DNA from: an uncultured Clostridiaceae bacterium
GTDB taxonomy: Bacteria > Bacillota > Clostridia > Saccharofermentanales > UBA5734
NCBI GenBank assembly: GCA_942493365.1
Contig: OW818697.1
Coordinates: 1,122,634-1,186,633, forward strand
Reading direction: 5' to 3'
Length of the DNA stretch: 64,000 nt
Of this stretch, positions 37,978 through 48,700 are shown piece by piece. The translations under genes and the position numbers were made by a program. The notes under the pieces were generated by a model. That model ran no database searches. It was not told the DNA's origin and saw nothing but the letters and a program-made list of their open reading frames with translations. Every line of letters begins with the position of its first letter. Position 1 is the first letter of the stretch.

Positions 37978-39645
37978 ATGAGAAGTGATGCCCTGAAGAA
38001 ATCGTCGGTTCGCGCCTCGCACCGCTCCCTGCTGTATGCCCTCGGCATGACCGAAGAAGAAATGAAGCGGCCGTTTATTGGGGTCGTCAACTCGTTCAAT
38101 GAAATCGTCCCCGGCCATGTTCACCTTCGCGGCCTGACCGACGCGGTCAAGGAAGGCATTCGCAACGCCGGCGGCGTGCCCTTTGAATTCCCGGCCATCG
38201 CCATTTGTGACGGCCTGGCCATGAACCACGCCGGCATGAAGTATTCGCTGGTCAGCCGCGACATCATCGCCGACAGCTGCGAAGTCATGCTGATGGCTCA
38301 CGCTTTCGACGCTGTCGTCTTCATCCCCAGCTGCGACAAGGTCGTGCCCGGCATGCTGATGGCGGCCGCCCGCATGAACCTGCCCAGCATCTTTGTCAGC
38401 GGTGGCCCCATGCTGCCCGGCAATTTCAAAGGCCAACGCATTGGCCTCAGCAACCTCTTTGAGGCCGCTGGTGCCCACGCGGCCGGCAAGATGAGCGACG
38501 AAGACCTGACCTGCATGGAAAAATCAGCCTGCCCGACCTGCGGCAGCTGCGCCGGCATGTACACCGCCAACACCATGAACTGCCTGACCGAGGCCATGGG
38601 CATGTCCCTGCCCGGCAGCGGCACCATCCCGGCCGTTTACGCCGATCGCACCCGCCTGGCCCGCCACACCGGCGAACAGATCATGAAACTGCTCGACAAC
38701 GGCCCGACCGCGCTCGAGATCCTGACCCCGGCCGCCATCCGCAACGCGCTGCGCGTCGACATGGCACTGGGCGGTTCGACCAACACCATCCTCCATCTAC
38801 TGGCCATCGCCCGCGAGGCCGGCTACGAGTTGACCATGGCCGAGATCAGTCAAATCAGCGACACGACACCGCAGCTGTGCAAGCTCAACCCGGCCGGCCC
38901 CGATTTCATCACCGACCTCAACGACGTTGGCGGCATCTCGGCCGTCCTGACCGAACTGGCCAAAAAACAGCTCGTCGATACTGCGAACCCCACCGTTGAC
39001 GGTACCATCGCCACCCGCACTGCCGGCAACCGCGGCGCTGACGGCCATGTCATCCGCTCGATCGCCACGCCCTATGCACCGGACGGCGGACTGGCCGTGC
39101 TGACCGGCAACCTCGCCCCCGAAGGCTGCGTCGTCAAAAAAGGTGCCGTGCTGCCCGAAATGATGCAGCACCAGGGTCCAGCCCGCGTTTTCGAAAGCGA
39201 AGAGCAGGTTTCCGAGGCCATCTTCGGCCAAAAAATCAAGCCCGGTGACGTTGTCGTCATTCGTTTTGAAGGCCCGCAGGGCGGCCCTGGCATGCGCGAA
39301 ATGTTGACGCCGACCAGCGCCCTCGCCGGCATGAACCTTGACACCTCAGTCGCCCTGATCACCGACGGTCGTTTCTCGGGGGCCAGCCGCGGCGCCTCGA
39401 TCGGCCACATCAGTCCCGAAGCCGCTGTTGGCGGCCTGATGGCCTACATTCACGAGGGCGATCAAATTAAAATTGATATCCCGGGCCGTACCCTGGAGTT
39501 GCTGGTGCCGGCCGCCGAACTGGCCGCTCGTACCCCCGCCCCGACGCCCGACCGCGGATTGACCGGCGTGCTCAGGCGCTACCAGAAGCAGGTCGCGGCC
39601 AGCAGCACGGGCGCGCGCATGATGATTGCCGGCGAGGAGGGTTAA
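37978..39645 (+). CDS. ilvD: dihydroxy-acid dehydratase
   Basis: 555 aa. [10 protein letters not shown] and GRFSGASRG motifs. Confidence 0.95.
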   Translation: MRSDALKKSSVRASHRSLLYALGMTEEEMKRPFIGVVNSFNEIVPGHVHLRGLTDAVKEGIRNAGGVPFEFPAIAICDGLAMNHAGMKYSLVSRDIIADSCEVMLMAHAFDAVVFIPSCDKVVPGMLMAAARMNLPSIFVSGGPMLPGNFKGQRIGLSNLFEAAGAHAAGKMSDEDLTCMEKSACPTCGSCAGMYTANTMNCLTEAMGMSLPGSGTIPAVYADRTRLARHTGEQIMKLLDNGPTALEILTPAAIRNALRVDMALGGSTNTILHLLAIAREAGYELTMAEISQISDTTPQLCKLNPAGPDFITDLNDVGGISAVLTELAKKQLVDTANPTVDGTIATRTAGNRGADGHVIRSIATPYAPDGGLAVLTGNLAPEGCVVKKGAVLPEMMQHQGPARVFESEEQVSEAIFGQKIKPGDVVVIRFEGPQGGPGMREMLTPTSALAGMNLDTSVALITDGRFSGASRGASIGHISPEAAVGGLMAYIHEGDQIKIDIPGRTLELLVPAAELAARTPAPTPDRGLTGVLRRYQKQVAASSTGARMMIAGEEG

Positions 39646-39647
39646 GC

Positions 39648-41354
39648 ATGAATGGTGCAGAAACAGTTATTGATTTTTTGATGAAAAAGGGCGTCAAGAA
39701 GGCCTTTGGCTACCCGGGCGGGTCGGTCATTGTCCTCTATGAAGCCATTCACAAATTAGGCTTCCCGCACATCCTGACCCGCCACGAACAGGGCGCGTCC
39801 CATGCCGCCGAAGGCTATGCCAAGGTGTCCGGTCAGCCCGGCGTCTGTATTGCCACCTCCGGCCCCGGCGCGACCAATCTGGTCACCGGCTTGGCCGATG
39901 CCTACCTCGATTCCGTGCCCGTCTTAGCCATCACCGGCGGCGTCACCCGTGCGGCGACCGGCACTGACGCCTTTCAGGAAGCCGACATCACCGGCATCAC
40001 AACGCCGATCACCAAATACAACTACCTCGTCATGGACCCTGAAGACCTGCTGCCGATGCTGGAAGAGGCCTGGGTGATGACCACCAAAGGCCGCCCCGGA
40101 CCGGTGCTGGTCAATATTCCCAAAGACATCCTGGCCATGCAGATCCAGCCCGCTGCGAACGCTCAGGCACCAACCTACATTCGCCACCGCCCGGCCAAGA
40201 TCAAGGCTGTGGCCATGACCGAAAAGATTTTCGATGCCCTGGCCGCCTGCAAACGCCCGCTGCTGATCGCCGGCGGCGGCTGCGTCATTTCCAAGGGCGG
40301 CACCGACGACCTCAAACTGTTTGCTGAAAGCCTTGGTATTCCGGTGGCCACCACCATGATGGGCAAAGGGGCCATTCTTGAGGATCACCCCCTATTTCTC
40401 GGTATCGTCGGCATGCACGGCACCCCGCAGGCCAACACGGCGCTGGGCAAATGCGACCTGCTGCTGGCCGTCGGCTGCCGCTTCAGCGACCGCGTCATCG
40501 GCAATCCCGAAATGTACAATCGTGTCGGCCGTACGATCATCCATGTCGACATTGATCCGGCTGAAATTGGCAAAAACATCAAAGCCACCCTCGAGGTCGA
40601 GGACGATGCTGCTGTGTTTTTCGAAGCCATGCTGACCGCTCGCCCCCAAACCGATTTCGCCGCCAACTGGACCGACTGGCGCGCTATGCTGCAGGCCAAG
40701 ATCGATCGTTTTCTGGTGCTCAAAAACGCCATGTACCGTGCTGCCTCGCCGATGTTGCCGCAATACGTCGTCCATCAGGTTGCCGAGGCCCTTAAGGGCC
40801 ACAACCCGATCGTTGTCACCGACGTTGGCCAGCACCAGATGTTCGTCATGCAGCACTATCCGATCGAATCGCCGCGTTCCTTTATTTCGTCCGGCGGTGC
40901 CGGCACGATGGGCTTTGGTCTGCCGGCGGCCATCGGCGCCTCGGCTGCCGAGCCCGACCGCACCACGGTCGTCTTTGTCGGCGACGGCGGTTTCCAGATG
41001 ACCATTCAGGAACTCGGCCTGCTCGACAAACTCAGGCTGCCGGTCAAGATCATCATCATGGACAACGGCTGCCTCGGCATGGTTCGCCAATGGCAGGAGC
41101 TGTTCTTCGACAAACACTACAGCCAGACCCTTTTGGACAACAACCCCGATTTTCTAAAGATCGCCGATGCCTACAACATCCCGGCCGGTGAGGCTTGCGA
41201 CGCCGCGACCCTGACGCAGCAAATCAAGACGGCGCTGGCCACCCAAGGGCCCTACGTCATCAGATGCGTCATCGACCCTGATCAAAACGTTTTCCCGATG
41301 ATACCGGCCGGCAAGATGCCGCAGGATCTCCTGATGCCAGGCATGGAAGAATGA
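39648..41354 (+). CDS. ilvB: acetolactate synthase large subunit
   Basis: 568 aa. ThDP motif GDGGFQMTIQELG...IIIMDNGCLGMVRQWQ. Confidence 0.9.
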   Translation: MNGAETVIDFLMKKGVKKAFGYPGGSVIVLYEAIHKLGFPHILTRHEQGASHAAEGYAKVSGQPGVCIATSGPGATNLVTGLADAYLDSVPVLAITGGVTRAATGTDAFQEADITGITTPITKYNYLVMDPEDLLPMLEEAWVMTTKGRPGPVLVNIPKDILAMQIQPAANAQAPTYIRHRPAKIKAVAMTEKIFDALAACKRPLLIAGGGCVISKGGTDDLKLFAESLGIPVATTMMGKGAILEDHPLFLGIVGMHGTPQANTALGKCDLLLAVGCRFSDRVIGNPEMYNRVGRTIIHVDIDPAEIGKNIKATLEVEDDAAVFFEAMLTARPQTDFAANWTDWRAMLQAKIDRFLVLKNAMYRAASPMLPQYVVHQVAEALKGHNPIVVTDVGQHQMFVMQHYPIESPRSFISSGGAGTMGFGLPAAIGASAAEPDRTTVVFVGDGGFQMTIQELGLLDKLRLPVKIIIMDNGCLGMVRQWQELFFDKHYSQTLLDNNPDFLKIADAYNIPAGEACDAATLTQQIKTALATQGPYVIRCVIDPDQNVFPMIPAGKMPQDLLMPGMEE

Positions 41355-41379
41355 AAAAACCGGCGAAAGCCGGTTTTTT
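41354..41379. terminator. bidirectional terminator hairpin after ilvB
   Basis: AAAAAACCGGC-GAAA-GCCGGTTTTTT. It is followed by three degenerate heptads and TTTGCGG (to 41408). Confidence 0.85.
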
Positions 41380-41408
41380 CGACGAAAGAAAATTCAGGAC
41401 ATTTGCGG

Positions 41409-41768
41409 TTAGGGTTTATTTTTTGATTTAAAAACCAGCCGCCACAGCAAGCCAACCCCCAGACCGAGTACAGCCGGGATAAATCCATAGATCAGACTGA
41501 TCCATTCCAGGGCGCCAAAGACGATGAACGGAATAAGCATACCACAAACGCCTGCAAACAGGGGATAAAGCCAAAACAGGGCAGCATGCTTGCGGCTGAT
41601 GACCATCGAAATAATCAATGAAACAAGGGGCATGACGACGAAAAAGCTCAGGATCCAGTAGGTGATCTCTTCGTGGTCAGGCAGTGTGACGCCGATCAGG
41701 GTGATGAGCAGGAAGATGGCTGCTGAGATGCTAAAGCTGAATAGGGAGAGTTTGTTTCCATTTATCAT
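41409..41768 (-). CDS. hypothetical small membrane protein (4 TM)
   Basis: Start moved to ATG 41768 (MINGNKLSLFSFS...), which has GGAGG 5 nt upstream. Hydrophobic throughout. Confidence 0.55.
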   Translation of the reverse strand: MINGNKLSLFSFSISAAIFLLITLIGVTLPDHEEITYWILSFFVVMPLVSLIISMVISRKHAALFWLYPLFAGVCGMLIPFIVFGALEWISLIYGFIPAVLGLGVGLLWRLVFKSKNKP

Positions 41769-41821
41769 AAATCCTCCAGAAGGTATTTTTTGAATTGTAC
41801 ATCTATTATACCTTGTCCGGT

Positions 41822-41850
41822 TTGACACCCCAACCCCCAAACACTATAAT
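41822..41850 (+). promoter_or_regulatory. consensus sigma-A promoter of the metal ABC operon
   Basis: TTGACA (41822-27), 17 nt, TATAAT (41845-50). Two palindromic TTGCAA hexamers (41856-61, 41867-72) sit at the predicted transcription start. Confidence 0.7.
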
Positions 41851-41855
41851 TCTAA

Positions 41856-42650
41856 TTGCAAGTGTGTTGCAACAAGACCGAATGGGCAGAGGAGGGATCC
41901 AATCTGAGCGACATTAATTTAAACGAACCCTGCTGTGAGCATGGCATTCACCCCTGGCATCACTTGCATCTGGATCATGTATCGGTGCGCCGCGGCAGCC
42001 AACTGATCATCGACGATGTCAGCTTCAGCCTGACCTGCGGCGAGTTGGTCGCCCTGATCGGCCCCAACGGCGGTGGCAAGAGCACCCTCCTCAAGACCAT
42101 TCTCGGCGAATGGCGCTATGACGGCAACATCACCTTCACCGATCGCGAGCGAAAAATCCTGCCCCGACCGCGTATTGGCTACATGCCGCAACAACTTGGC
42201 TTTGACCGGCAAGCCCCGTTGACCGTCGCCGACCTGCTACTGGCCAATCGCAGCCGCTGGCCGGTTTTTCTCGGTGCGCGCAAAAGCGACCGCCAGGCCG
42301 TGCGGGAGCTGCTTGACTTGGTCGACGCGGCGCACCTGATCGACCGTCGACTGGGCGCGTTGTCTGGCGGCGAACTGCAGCGGGTCACGCTGGCTTTTGC
42401 GCTCGACCCCATTCCGGACATCCTGCTGCTGGACGAGCCGGTTTCGGCGCTGGATGAAGAGGGCCAGGCGCTCTTTTATCAATTGGTCGGTGACCTGCGT
42501 CAGCGCTACGATCTGCTGACCCTGGTTGTTTCGCACGACGTTGAGGTTATCGCTGCATACGCCACGTCGCTGATTATCCTCAATCACTCGATCCGCGCGG
42601 CCGGCCCCACGGCCGAGGTGCTGGCCAGCAGGGGAGGTGAGTCGCGATGA
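41856..42650 (+). CDS. metal (Zn/Mn-type) ABC transporter ATP-binding protein with Cys/His-rich N-terminal extension; start uncertain
   Basis: Walker A GPNGGGKSTL, signature LSGGELQR. The track start TTG 41856 coincides with the predicted TSS. An in-frame CTG at 41904 has GGAGGG 7 nt upstream. N-terminal CCEHGIHPWHHLHLDH. Confidence 0.75.
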   Translation: MQVCCNKTEWAEEGSNLSDINLNEPCCEHGIHPWHHLHLDHVSVRRGSQLIIDDVSFSLTCGELVALIGPNGGGKSTLLKTILGEWRYDGNITFTDRERKILPRPRIGYMPQQLGFDRQAPLTVADLLLANRSRWPVFLGARKSDRQAVRELLDLVDAAHLIDRRLGALSGGELQRVTLAFALDPIPDILLLDEPVSALDEEGQALFYQLVGDLRQRYDLLTLVVSHDVEVIAAYATSLIILNHSIRAAGPTAEVLASRGGESR

Positions 42651-43462
42651 ACCTCTTGTCCTTTCTCAACTATGACTTTATGAAATACGCGCTACTGGCT
42701 TTTTTGATCATATCCCCGTTGTTTGGTATTGCCGGCACGATGGTCATCAACAACAAAATGTCCTACTACTCGGATGCGCTGGGGCACTCGGCGCTGGCCG
42801 GCATTGCCATCGGCACCTTGTTTGGCTTGCAGGACCCGCTGATCTCGATGATCGCCTTCAGCGTGCTCTTTGGTCTGGCTTTGTCTACGGTCAAAAACCG
42901 CGCCAAATCCTCGACCGATACGATCATCGGCGTTTTCTCGGCTTCGGCTGTCGCGCTGGGCATCGCCCTGCTCTCGCGTCAGGGGGGCTTTGCCAAATAC
43001 AACAGCTTTCTGGTCGGCAACATTCTGGCCATCCGTCCCAACGATATTCTTATTCTGGCCATTGTTCTGGTCTGCCTGCTGGCCTTCTGGTTGTTTTGCT
43101 TCAATCCGCTGCTGCTGCTGAGCGTCAATTCATCGCTGGCGCGCAGCAAGGGCATTCGGGTTCGCCTGCTGGAAAACGCCTTCATGATCCTGATCGCCGT
43201 ACTGGTCACGGTATCGATCAAACTGGTCGGCATCCTGTTGATCAACGCGCTGCTGATCCTGCCGGCGGCGGCGGCGCGCAATGTGGCGCGCAGTGTCCGC
43301 CATTACAGCGTGTTATCGGTTGTATTTGCTCTACTTGCGGGCATGGCCGGTCTTCTGTTATCATTTTATTTAGACGTTGCAACCGGCGCGGCCATCGTGC
43401 TTTGCAGTGCCGCGATTTTTGCAGCGACTTGGCTGCTGGGGCAGCGCAAGCAATCGTCTTAA
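42647..43462 (+). CDS. metal ABC transporter permease (ABC-3 family)
   Basis: 271 aa, multi-TM. YYSDALGHSALAGIA motif. 4-bp overlap with the ATPase gene. Confidence 0.85.
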   Translation: MNLLSFLNYDFMKYALLAFLIISPLFGIAGTMVINNKMSYYSDALGHSALAGIAIGTLFGLQDPLISMIAFSVLFGLALSTVKNRAKSSTDTIIGVFSASAVALGIALLSRQGGFAKYNSFLVGNILAIRPNDILILAIVLVCLLAFWLFCFNPLLLLSVNSSLARSKGIRVRLLENAFMILIAVLVTVSIKLVGILLINALLILPAAAARNVARSVRHYSVLSVVFALLAGMAGLLLSFYLDVATGAAIVLCSAAIFAATWLLGQRKQSS

Positions 43463-43484
43463 AGAGCGCAGGAGGATTTGCATC

Positions 43485-44249
43485 ATGCTACATAGACTAT
43501 TTGACTACCAGATCGCCCTGCTCAAAAGCGGAATCGACCTGAAATTCCAGCGCAAAGGGATGATCCTTCTCTTGGGCTTTTTCTTCAGCGTGGTGGTCGG
43601 TACCCAAACCATGCTTTATTTGACGATTGGCCTGGTCAGCGCCTTCATTATTTATCGGGTGATAAATAGCGAACGCCACGATGCCCTGCCGCCGGCATCG
43701 GATCATTTTTACGTGGGCAACCTGATGCTGCTGGCGATGCTGACGCCGGTGCTTTGTTATCTTTTGTACGCGATTTTGTCGTGGGCCTTGATCCTCTTGT
43801 TCTTCGTGATTATGGCAGCGATTTTACCCAGCAATCCGCCGCAGGACGTCATCAAATTGACAACGGCCATTACGCCCAACTGGCAGGACGTGATCTTCTG
43901 GATCCTGCTGATGCTAATCATCATGATGCTGCTGACCCTGTTCAGCCTGGCCCGCAGCAAAAAAATCCAGAGCGTCGGCTATTCGCTGATGATCATCATC
44001 AGCCTGGGCCTTTTTCTCCTGCTGCGCATTAACACGCTGATTCAGCTGAGTGCCTGGGACAAATATTTTGAATTCAACGATGTGCTGTCGACCTTTCATC
44101 TGATGCCGGCCGCCGATGCAATCTTGTTGATCATGGCGCTGGTTCTGGTTGTGTTGATTCCGCTGGCCTATATTATTGGACTGGGACTCTATCGCCGGCG
44201 TCAGCGGCTGAAAATCGAGGCGCCGATGGAGAAGGAAACCGAGATTTAA
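43485..44249 (+). CDS. hypothetical membrane protein
   Basis: Start moved to ATG 43485 (MLHRLFDYQ...), which has AGGAGG upstream. Six or more hydrophobic segments. No family recognised. Confidence 0.5.
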   Translation: MLHRLFDYQIALLKSGIDLKFQRKGMILLLGFFFSVVVGTQTMLYLTIGLVSAFIIYRVINSERHDALPPASDHFYVGNLMLLAMLTPVLCYLLYAILSWALILLFFVIMAAILPSNPPQDVIKLTTAITPNWQDVIFWILLMLIIMMLLTLFSLARSKKIQSVGYSLMIIISLGLFLLLRINTLIQLSAWDKYFEFNDVLSTFHLMPAADAILLIMALVLVVLIPLAYIIGLGLYRRRQRLKIEAPMEKETEI

Positions 44250-44267
44250 CAAAAATGGAGGCACCAA

Positions 44268-44825
44268 ATGTCAGATGAAACAGAGGGTATCGAAAAATCA
44301 ATCAACCCAATAGAATTTGATCTTACCTATACGAAAAATGATTATTGCCAAGCCTGGGTTCAAATTTTAAATCGTGTAAACTTATATTGGATTTATTATA
44401 TTATTTTTCTAGTTGCACTGGTCGTGTCCTTTTATCTATGGATTACGAGCGATTTCGCAAATCTGAACGGAATAAATACATTATCGATATTATTTATTGT
44501 TGCCCTTCTGTTGTATTACCAGTATATTTTGCCGGCCAACAGATATGACAAACACAAAGCCTATTTTCAAAAAGAACGAACTGCGGTTTTCGATACCAAT
44601 TATATTGTAATTAAGACTGAAACTGGCGAAACTAAATTTCTATGGACCTCATTTCGATCTGTTTTAGTATTCAAGTCATCGTATAGCTTTTTAACTAAGG
44701 AAAAACAACAGATACTCATTCCGTGCCGCATTTTGGCAAAGACCGACTACGAAGAACGATTGCTGGCCTTATTAAAACAAAAAGCAGATGAAAAACTATT
44801 TATTTTGAAATTCTACATCGATTGA
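44268..44825 (+). CDS. hypothetical membrane protein (YcxB-like topology)
   Basis: 185 aa with two adjacent TM helices followed by a soluble domain. Visibly AT-richer than its neighbours. Confidence 0.45.
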   Translation: MSDETEGIEKSINPIEFDLTYTKNDYCQAWVQILNRVNLYWIYYIIFLVALVVSFYLWITSDFANLNGINTLSILFIVALLLYYQYILPANRYDKHKAYFQKERTAVFDTNYIVIKTETGETKFLWTSFRSVLVFKSSYSFLTKEKQQILIPCRILAKTDYEERLLALLKQKADEKLFILKFYID

Positions 44826-44971
44826 TGTATTGCACATTATATTCGATCTCCTTTGACTAATTGAAATATTGCAAAACGTACGAAATAAGCAATATATATC
44901 GTACGAATAATGCCTGGCCACATATTTCTCTCGCTATTCCACTCAGGATGCGGTATATTGATTGTTACCAC

Positions 44972-44990
44972 GACTGACTATCGGTCAGTC
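44972..44990. promoter_or_regulatory. palindromic operator candidate upstream of the MacB-like ABC operon
   Basis: GACTGAC-tatcg-GTCAGTC, about 14 nt downstream of a TATATT (-10-like, 44953-58). A TetR gene ends the operon. Confidence 0.4.
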
Positions 44991-45013
44991 AATCCGGAAA
45001 ACAGGTGACAATC

Positions 45014-45715
45014 ATGGGTTTTATCCAATTGAAAAATGTCCAGAAGCACTACAAAATGGGCGAGATCATCATCAACGCTGTCGATGATGTCAGCTTTGAA
45101 ATAAACAAGGGCGAATTCGCAGTCGTCGTTGGTGCATCTGGTGCTGGCAAAACGACCGTGCTCAACATTCTGGGCGGCATGGATGGCCTGGACGGCGGCA
45201 GCATTGTCGTTGACGGCAAGGACATCAGCAGTTACAGTCGCAAAATGCTGACCGAGTATCGCCGCTTTGACATCGGTTTTGTTTTTCAGTTTTACAATCT
45301 GGTCCAAAATCTGACCGCCCGCGAAAACATCGAGCTGGCGTCGCAGATCAGCCGCGATCCGCTCGATGTCGACGTCGTGCTCGAACAGGTCGGTCTGACC
45401 GACCGCAAGGACAATTTTCCGTCGCAGCTGTCGGGCGGTGAACAGCAGCGGGTGGCTATTGCGCGCGCGCTGGCCAAAAATCCTAAATTGCTGCTGTGTG
45501 ACGAACCGACCGGCGCGCTGGATTATCAGACCGGCAAGTCGATTTTGAAATTGCTGCAGGACACCTGCGTCAGCACCGGCATGACGGTGGTCATGATCAC
45601 GCACAACACGGCGCTGATCTCGATGGCCAACAAGGTCATCCGCATGAAAAATGGCAAGGTCACCGAAATTATCATCAACAAAAACCCCATGCCGGTCGAA
45701 AGGATTGAATGGTAA
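45014..45715 (+). CDS. ABC transporter ATP-binding protein (MacB/LolD/FtsE-like)
   Basis: Walker [10 protein letters not shown], signature LSGGEQQR, Walker [13 protein letters not shown]. Confidence 0.9.
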   Translation: MGFIQLKNVQKHYKMGEIIINAVDDVSFEINKGEFAVVVGASGAGKTTVLNILGGMDGLDGGSIVVDGKDISSYSRKMLTEYRRFDIGFVFQFYNLVQNLTARENIELASQISRDPLDVDVVLEQVGLTDRKDNFPSQLSGGEQQRVAIARALAKNPKLLLCDEPTGALDYQTGKSILKLLQDTCVSTGMTVVMITHNTALISMANKVIRMKNGKVTEIIINKNPMPVERIEW

Positions 45716-48700
45716 TGAACCAGAAATCCTTCCGCAAGGACCTTTTTCGCTCGATTTTCAAATCCAAGGCTCGCTTCTTATCGATCATGGCCATCATTGC
45801 CATGGGCGTCGGTTTTTTTGCCGGCATCAAGGCCACCGAGCCGGACATGATTCTGTCGGCCGATCAATACTACCAGCAGCACAATCTTTCGGATTTTCAC
45901 ATCATCTCGCCGCTGGGCTTTAGGGATGAGGACATCGCGGCGGTGCAGGCGATTGACGGAATCGAGCAAGTCCAGACCGGTTATGCCAAGGACTATTTTA
46001 CAACGACCACAACCGGAACCGAATACACCACAAGGTTTTTCAGTTACGATCGGAATGATGCCGGACAGACGATGATCAACCAGCCAGCGCTGATTGATGG
46101 GCGATTGCCGGAAAAGTCTGGTGAGATCGTCATCGAGCAAGGCAAGCTGATCACCGAAAAAATCCCGCTTGGCAGTCGGATCACCGTTTCGCTCCCAGCC
46201 GACGAACAGGTCGGAGACACGCTCAAGACTGCCGTTTTCACGGTGGTCGGCCATGCTGATTCGCCGCTCTATATCAGCTTTGAACGCGGCCAGTCCAATA
46301 TCGGCGATGGCTCGATCAATTTATTTGCCTATATCATCGAGACTGATTTTACGATGGAAAAGATCACGGACCTTTACATTCGGACCACCGAATCATCCCA
46401 ACTGATGGCTTATTCAGACGCCTACGCTGCTTCGATCCAGCCGATCCAGGACGTATTGGACACGTTGGGCGAGCAGACCATTGCGCTGCAAACCCAGGAT
46501 TTGCGGACGGAACTGGACGATAACAAGACTGAGTTACAGGACAGCAAAACCACCGCCGAAACCGAACTGGCTGACGGTGCGCAAAAACTGGCTGATGCGG
46601 CGCAAGCCATCCGCGACGGCGAACAGGAGCTCCTGGATCAGGACGCCCTGTACAACCAACAGCTGGCCGATCAGCGAGCTTTGCTGGATCAGGGCCTGGC
46701 CGGCGTTGCGCAGGGCAATGCGCAATATGCTGTCAACCTTGCCCTTTGGCAGCAAGGCGTGGCTGATTATGAGGACGGCGTGATCCAATCGGATGCCGCC
46801 AAAGTCGCACTCGACCAGTCGCTTATCCAACTTGGTCAGTTGCAGGGTGCCATTGACGGCCTGACCGCGCTGCGCGCGACACTACCGGCTGACTCGCTGG
46901 TCATGACGGACACCGAGCTGGCGCTGTTCATCGCCAACGTTGACGTGTTCGCACCTGATTTGGCCGATGTGCTGACGCTGACCTGCCACGCCGACGATCC
47001 GGCGTTGCTGGCCACCCTGACCGGCACGATCGGTCCGGCGATCGCCCAAATGGCGGCAGACAAGGCGCTTGGCCAGGCCGCCTACGATGCGGGGATGACG
47101 CAATACCAGGTGGGAGAAGTTCAATTGGCCGCAGCAAAGGCAGAATTGGACGCCAGCGAGTTGCAGCTCGATCAAGCGCGCATTCAGCTGGACCAAAGTG
47201 CCATTGACCTGGCTGCCGGCGAAGCCGCGCTGACCCAGGGTGAAAAGGTCCTGCGGCACAAACTGGCCGACGCTCGCCGCAAACTGGCCGACGCCAAGGT
47301 CGAACTGGCCGACGGCCAGGCCGAGTACGAGATGCAAAAGGCTGACGCCCTCAAGGAAATTGCCGATGCCGAGGTCAAGATCCAGGATGCCGAGCTTGCC
47401 CTTTTGGAGATTCCCGATCACTGGTTTGTGTTGAACCGCGACAGCAATCCCGGCTACGCCGGCTACGGTGATGACGCCAATCGCATCGGGGCCGTCGCCC
47501 AGGTTTTCCCGCTGTTTTTCTTTTTGGTCGCCGCGCTGGTCTGTCTAACCACCATGACGCGCATGGTCGAGGAGGAACGCACCCAGATCGGCACCTTGAA
47601 GGCCCTGGGCTACGGGACGCTGACCATCTCATCCAAGTATCTCGTTTACTCGCTGCTGGCCAGCGTCAGCGGCTCGGTCATCGGCCTGCTGGTCGGATTC
47701 CAGCTGTTTCCGGGCGTAATCATGAAAACCTATGCCATGATGTACCGTATCCCCGTACAGCTGACACCTTTCAATCTCGAATTCGCCACAATCGCCGTCC
47801 TGATCGCCGTCGTGACCACCACGGCCGCCGCGCTGCTGGCCACGCTGCAAGAGTTGCGGGCGGTGCCGGCGGTGCTGATGCAGGTCAAAGCCCCCAAGCC
47901 CGGCAAGCGTATTTTCCTCGAACGCATCAAGCCAATTTGGAAACGCCTGACCTTCACCCACAAGGTGACCGCCCGCAACATTTTCCGCTACAAGGCCCGC
48001 CTGCTGATGACCGTCATCGGCATCGCCGGATGTACGTCGTTGCTATTAACCGGTTTCGGGCTGCGCGACTCGGTCAATGCCATCATGGAAAAGCAGTTCA
48101 GCGAAATTTTTGTCTATGACGGCCTGATTGCTCTGGACACCGACAAAACCACTTCCGGCAGTGATCTGGCCGCCATCCTCGAACAGCCGGAAGTCACGGC
48201 GACGATGGATGCCCACAACGAAACCGTGACGGCTGTGGCGACTGGTGGCCGCGAGTATGAGATCAATTTGCTGGTGCCGGATGCATCGGCTAACCTGACC
48301 GAATTCTATGACCTGCACAACCGGCTGACCAAAGCCAGGATTACGCTGCCTGCCGAAGGTGCCGTCGTCACGGAAAAACTGACCGAGCTACTCGGCATCG
48401 GCGTCGGCGATCTCATCACCTTTCGCGATGCCGACAACCGCACCTACCAGGTCAAAGTCGCCAGCATCGCCGAAAACTACCTGACCCATTACATCTACCT
48501 ATCACCGGCGGCCTTCACCGCCGCCACCTTACGCACCCCGCAGGCCAATACCGTGGTTTTCAATCTGGCTGACCCCACTGCGCTGGATAGCAAAGCCTTC
48601 AAAGAGGACCTGCTCAGCAACGAGCAAGTGCTGGTGGTCATGCTGACGCAAAATCTGGCCACCGACTTCAACAAAATGATCAGCAGCCTCAACTACGTGG

